Shown here piece by piece: positions 28,465 through 32,000 of a DNA stretch of 32,000 bases. The DNA lies in NCBI RefSeq assembly GCF_000195975.1, contig NC_005070.1, positions 1,920,001 to 1,952,000 of the forward strand. The letters are read 5' to 3'. This DNA comes from Parasynechococcus marenigrum WH 8102 (GTDB lineage Bacteria; Cyanobacteriota; Cyanobacteriia; PCC-6307; Cyanobiaceae). Position numbers and translations under genes: made by a program. The stretch's first letter is position 1; each line of letters starts with the position of its first letter. A model generated the notes under the pieces. It saw only the letters and a list, made by a program, of their open reading frames with translations, was not told where the DNA came from and made no database searches.

Positions 28465-29331
28465 TCAGAGGCCTCGGTTGAGCTTGCCGCTCACCAGGCC
28501 CTCCAGATCCAGGCTCACCGAAGTGAACCCCAGGTCCAGCAGGCTGCTGACCAGGGGTTCTTTTGCGTTCAGGGCCAGCAGATCATCCAGCCGATCACGG
28601 GGCACCTCGATGCGCGCGGAGAGACCCTGGCTGCGCACCCGCACCCTGGGGAAGCCTCGGGCCAGCAACCAGGCTTCCGCCTGCCCGACCCGCTTGAGCC
28701 GCTCAGCGCTGATGCTCTCGCCGTAGGGGAAGCGGGAGGCCAGGCAGGGCTGGGCTGGCTTGTCCCACCAGGGAAAACCGAGGGCTGATGACAACTGGCG
28801 AATGGCGGCCTTATCAATGGCCAATTCCGCCAGGGGGGAGCGCACCCCCGCCTGCCGGGCCGCCTCAATGCCGGGGCGGTGGTCACCGAGATCATCCAGA
28901 TTCACCCCATCCACCACCAAGGCACCACCGGCGGCGGCAGCAATCGGCTGCAGGTGGTGATGCAGTTCCCGCTTGCAGGCAAAACAGCGATCGGAGGGAT
29001 TGCTGCTGTAGTCGGGATCGTTGAGCTCACGGGTTGGACACTCCTGATGGCGGATGCCGATCCACTGCGCCTGCGCCCGCGCCTCCTCCAGCAGATGGGG
29101 AGCCAGGGCCGGCGAAACGCCCGTCACCGCGACAGCGGCATCACCCTTCTGTTCATGGGCGATCGCAGCCACCAGGGTGCTGTCCACACCACCGGAGTAG
29201 GCCACGCACAGGGCATCGTGTGAGGCCAGCCAGTTGCGCAACTGCTGGAGCAGATCGGCCTGCCGCGACGGCAAAGATTCCTGCAGCCGGAACATCAGCG
29301 GAACAACCCGGTCGATCTCGGTAGGCTCCAA
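28465..29331 (-). CDS. LarE-like PP-loop ATP pyrophosphatase / sulfur transferase (TIGR00268-type)
   Basis: The PP-loop is CVAYSGGVDSTLVA. The LarE-type motif is QPCLASRFPYGE, with an upstream CFAC pair, giving three Cys candidates for an Fe-S site. The start is ATG 29331 or ATG 29295. Confidence 0.72.
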   Translation of the reverse strand: MEPTEIDRVVPLMFRLQESLPSRQADLLQQLRNWLASHDALCVAYSGGVDSTLVAAIAHEQKGDAAVAVTGVSPALAPHLLEEARAQAQWIGIRHQECPTRELNDPDYSSNPSDRCFACKRELHHHLQPIAAAAGGALVVDGVNLDDLGDHRPGIEAARQAGVRSPLAELAIDKAAIRQLSSALGFPWWDKPAQPCLASRFPYGESISAERLKRVGQAEAWLLARGFPRVRVRSQGLSARIEVPRDRLDDLLALNAKEPLVSSLLDLGFTSVSLDLEGLVSGKLNRGL

Positions 29332-29348
29332 CGGTAAGAGCCGGGACC

Positions 29349-30497
29349 ATGCCCCGAAGCATCGGCATCGTGACGGCGGCGGACAGCCGCGAGCGCAGCC
29401 ATGGTCAGCTGCACATCTATGACGGTGAGGGCAAGGGCAAGAGCCAGGCCGCCCTGGGGGTGGTGCTGCGCACCATCGGCCTGGGCATCTGTGAACAACG
29501 ACGCACCCGGGTGTTGCTGCTGCGCTTCCTCAAGGGCCCTGGCCGCGCCTACGACGAAGACGCCGCCATCGAAGCGCTGCAGCAGGGTTTCCCGCATCTG
29601 ATCGACCACCTGCGCACGGGCCGTGCTGATCACTTCACCGCTGAAGAAGCCACCCGCTTCGATCGGGAGGAAGCCCAGCGGGGCTGGGTGATCGCCAAAG
29701 GAGCCATCGCCAGCGCGCTCTATTCGGTGGTGGTGCTGGATGAACTGAACCCGGTGCTGGATCTGGGGCTGCTGGATGTGGAGGACGTGGTCAACACCCT
29801 CAGGCAGCGGCCGGAGGGCATGGAAATCATCGTGACTGGCCGCGCGGCACCGGCTCCACTGGTGCGGGTGGCGGACCTGCACTCCGAGATGCGGGCGCAC
29901 CGGCGGCCAGGGCTGGAGGAGGAGCGGGTGATCCCGTTGAACATGAGCAGCGGCATCGAGATCTACACCGGGGAGGGCAAGGGCAAATCCACCAGCGCCC
30001 TCGGCAAGGCGCTGCAGGCGATTGGACGGGGCATCAGCCAGGACAAAAGCCACCGGGTGCTGATCCTGCAGTGGCTGAAAGGGGGCAGCGGCTACACCGA
30101 AGACGCCGCTATCGCCGCGCTGCGGGACAGCTATCCCCATCTGGTGGATCACCTCCGCTCCGGCCGTGATGCCATCGTCTGGCGCGGCCAGCAGGAACCG
30201 ATCGATTACGTGGAAGCGGAACGGGCCTGGGAGATCGCCCGCGCGGCCATCTCAAGCGGGCTCTACAAAACCGTGATCCTCGATGAACTCAACCCAACGG
30301 TGGATCTGGAGCTGCTGCCAGAAGAGCCGATCATGCAGACGCTGCTGCGCAAACCGACGGAAACCGAAGTGATCATCACCGGCCGCTGCAAAAATCAACC
30401 GGCCTACTTCGATCTGGCGAGCATCCACTCCGAGATGGTGTGCCACAAGCACTACGCCGAACAGGGCGTGGACCTCAAACGGGGGGTTGACTATTAA
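29349..30497 (+). CDS. tandem-domain CobA/CobO/BtuR-like P-loop protein (cob(I)yrinic acid a,c-diamide adenosyltransferase family, internally duplicated)
   Basis: Two homologous halves each carry an (I)Y.GEGKGKS P-loop (nt 29424-29444 and 29970-29990), a VLDELN Walker-B-like strand and an I.TGR...HSEM segment. The second half ends HKHYAEQGVDLKRGVDY, like the canonical CobA C-terminus. Confidence 0.8.
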   Translation: MPRSIGIVTAADSRERSHGQLHIYDGEGKGKSQAALGVVLRTIGLGICEQRRTRVLLLRFLKGPGRAYDEDAAIEALQQGFPHLIDHLRTGRADHFTAEEATRFDREEAQRGWVIAKGAIASALYSVVVLDELNPVLDLGLLDVEDVVNTLRQRPEGMEIIVTGRAAPAPLVRVADLHSEMRAHRRPGLEEERVIPLNMSSGIEIYTGEGKGKSTSALGKALQAIGRGISQDKSHRVLILQWLKGGSGYTEDAAIAALRDSYPHLVDHLRSGRDAIVWRGQQEPIDYVEAERAWEIARAAISSGLYKTVILDELNPTVDLELLPEEPIMQTLLRKPTETEVIITGRCKNQPAYFDLASIHSEMVCHKHYAEQGVDLKRGVDY

Positions 30498-30506
30498 TTC
30501 AATGGG

Positions 30507-31640
30507 TCAGTAGCGCGGCACGGCCTGATCCACCTGCACGGACCAGGCATCGATGCCCCCATCAACGTTGGTGGCCGGGATGCCCTGCTGAGCCAGCAGC
30601 TCCACGGCCTGGGCCGAACGGCCGCCGAGTTTGCAGTGCACGTAAAGCCGCCCGGACTCCGCCAACCCGCGGATGCGTTCGATCGCCTCACCGCTTTTGA
30701 TCGTGGCCAGGGGGATCAGCACGGCCCCAGGGATCACAGCCACCTCGGCTTCAGCTGGATTGCGCACATCCAGCAGCACCAGATCATCGGCCGAGCCATC
30801 CAGCAGCGACTTGAGCTCGATCACGCTGATGCTGTCCATGGGAGATGCCGTCGGTCGGCAGAACTGCTGGTAGTCAATCAAGCCATCGATCGCCGGCCGG
30901 TCCGGGTCACGCCGCAGCGTCAGCTCGCGGAAGCGCATCGTGAGGGCATCCACCACCAATAGGCGGCCATCCAGGCTGCGGCCGATACCTGTGATCAACT
31001 TGATCGCCTCCGTCGCCTGGATCAAGCCGATCAGCCCAGGCATCACCCCCATCACCCCCGCTTCCGCACAGGACGGCACCTGCTCCACAGGCGGTGGCTC
31101 CGGCAGCAGATCGCGGTAGTTGGGGCTCTCCGGCGTGTGATTGAACACCGATGCCTGGCCGTCAAAACGCTGCACCGATCCGTAAATCAAAGGCTTTCCC
31201 TGCAACACGCAGGCGTCATTCACCAGATACCGCGTCGGGAAATTGTCCGAGCCATCACACACCAGGTCGTATCTGGCAATCAGCTCAAGGGCATTCTCCC
31301 GATCCAGCATCTGCTCATGCAGCTCCACCTGACAGTGGGGATTGAGCTCCTGCAGCCTGTGCGCGGCGGAGCGCCCCTTCGATTGGCCGAGCCAGTCCAT
31401 GCCATGGATCACCTGCCGCTGCAGGTTTGAGAGCTCCACAACATCGCCATCGACGATGCCAATCCGGCCGACACCGGCCGCGGCCAGGTACAGCAACAAC
31501 GGAGAGCCCAGCCCACCGGCGCCCACGCAGAGCACGGACGCAGCCTTGAGCCGCTCCTGCCCGGCCATGCCCACCTCCGGCAACATCAGGTGGCGGGCAT
31601 AACGGCTCCGCTCCTCCCCACTCAGTTCCTCAATCGACAT
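30507..31640 (-). CDS. moeZ: MoeZ/MoeB-type E1-like adenylyltransferase with C-terminal rhodanese domain
   Basis: RYARHLMLPEVG..GQ..L....VL.VGAGGLGSP...YLAAAGVG.IGIVD.D.V..SNLQRQ is the ThiF/MoeB fold. The C-terminal ~100 aa is a rhodanese domain with the active-site loop VHCKLGGRS. Confidence 0.85.
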   Translation of the reverse strand: MSIEELSGEERSRYARHLMLPEVGMAGQERLKAASVLCVGAGGLGSPLLLYLAAAGVGRIGIVDGDVVELSNLQRQVIHGMDWLGQSKGRSAAHRLQELNPHCQVELHEQMLDRENALELIARYDLVCDGSDNFPTRYLVNDACVLQGKPLIYGSVQRFDGQASVFNHTPESPNYRDLLPEPPPVEQVPSCAEAGVMGVMPGLIGLIQATEAIKLITGIGRSLDGRLLVVDALTMRFRELTLRRDPDRPAIDGLIDYQQFCRPTASPMDSISVIELKSLLDGSADDLVLLDVRNPAEAEVAVIPGAVLIPLATIKSGEAIERIRGLAESGRLYVHCKLGGRSAQAVELLAQQGIPATNVDGGIDAWSVQVDQAVPRY

Positions 31641-32000
31641 CGATCGGCACCGGCCGCACCTGCCGATCCTCCTCCAGCCACCAGGCCCTCAGCCCCTGCT
31701 GGGCCGAGAGGATCAGCATCAGCTGGTGGGGGACACCGCGACAGCGATCCGCGGCTGAGGGAACCGGCGGGCTGTGGGGATGGGAGTGAGCCACACCGAT
31801 GATCCATTGTTGGTGTTGCCGCGACCAGCGCTGCGCCGCCAGTTGTTCGCGGGGATCGAGCAGGAAATTGCAGTCACGACCAGGTGTCTCACCCGCTCCC
31901 CATGGCTGCAGATCCGGCTGTCGCCCCCAACGGTTGCATCCAGGCCAGACGTGATCCAACCGCAGCGAGCTGCCCTCGCCCTGGGATCCGATCAACAGCG
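31630..32000 (-). CDS. JAMM/MPN+ (Mov34/Mec+-like) metallopeptidase, C-terminal part (5' end probably outside window)
   Basis: The JAMM motif HSHPHSPPVPSAAD (H-x-H-x7-S-x2-D) is encoded at nt 31747-31788. The stop overlaps the moeZ start by 11 nt. The frame stays open to the window edge. Confidence 0.75.
   Translation of the reverse strand, partial: LLIGSQGEGSSLRLDHVWPGCNRWGRQPDLQPWGAGETPGRDCNFLLDPREQLAAQRWSRQHQQWIIGVAHSHPHSPPVPSAADRCRGVPHQLMLILSAQQGLRAWWLEEDRQVRPVPIDVD

Noticed and set aside
29332-29348. Possible cobalamin riboswitch or other leader upstream of the CobO-like gene
   Set aside because: Only 17 nt (at most 53 nt with the alternative larE-like start) separate the divergent genes. 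That is far too short for a riboswitch aptamer.
29295-30152. 285-aa ORF antisense to the tandem CobO-like gene, and the 226-aa ORF 27706-28386 antisense to recF and speH
   Set aside because: The sense frames contain clear P-loop, RecF and SpeH motifs. The antisense ORFs have none and span gene boundaries.

Overview
This is a gene-dense stretch of about 60% GC that reads as a marine picocyanobacterial chromosome. It most resembles a marine Synechococcus of subcluster 5.1 with a phycourobilin-containing pigment type. Gene content and order match what I remember of WH8102-like strains, but I cannot verify that here.

Bases 1-4964 are the 3' end of the phycobilisome rod gene region: pebA (partial), pebB, a stem-loop, rpcB, rpcA, an intrinsic terminator, rpcT, rpcG (a fused E/F-type lyase-isomerase) and ptpA, the usual boundary gene.

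The rest is housekeeping. It includes panC-cmk, rlpA, purM, an aldo/keto reductase, tRNA-Cys, an lpxB-related gene, an RNase D-like gene and hemF. It also holds three tight gene strings:
- mrp, a SEDS (RodA/FtsW) gene and a histidine-kinase-like gene.
- psaD, trpE, gshA and ppc.
- speH, a larE-like gene, a tandem CobO-like gene, moeZ and a JAMM gene.

tRNA-Arg and recF lie between the last two strings.

I found no CRISPR array, IS element, integrase, phage gene or long repeat. Many long ORFs in the track are antisense or alternate-frame artefacts of high GC, and I rejected them.

I see no compelling evidence for a wholly new multi-gene system. The best leads are:
1. A sharply bounded low-GC cassette holding exactly rpcT-rpcG.
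2. A SEDS gene translationally coupled to a kinase-like protein with a normal H-box but a degenerate ATP-binding domain.
3. A recF whose conserved N-terminus is only reachable from an ATC codon.
4. An internally duplicated CobA/CobO-like P-loop protein.
5. A cofactor and sulfur-transfer neighbourhood at the right edge (LarE-like, MoeZ-like E1 with rhodanese, JAMM peptidase). Its ubiquitin-like carrier, if there is one, lies outside the window.
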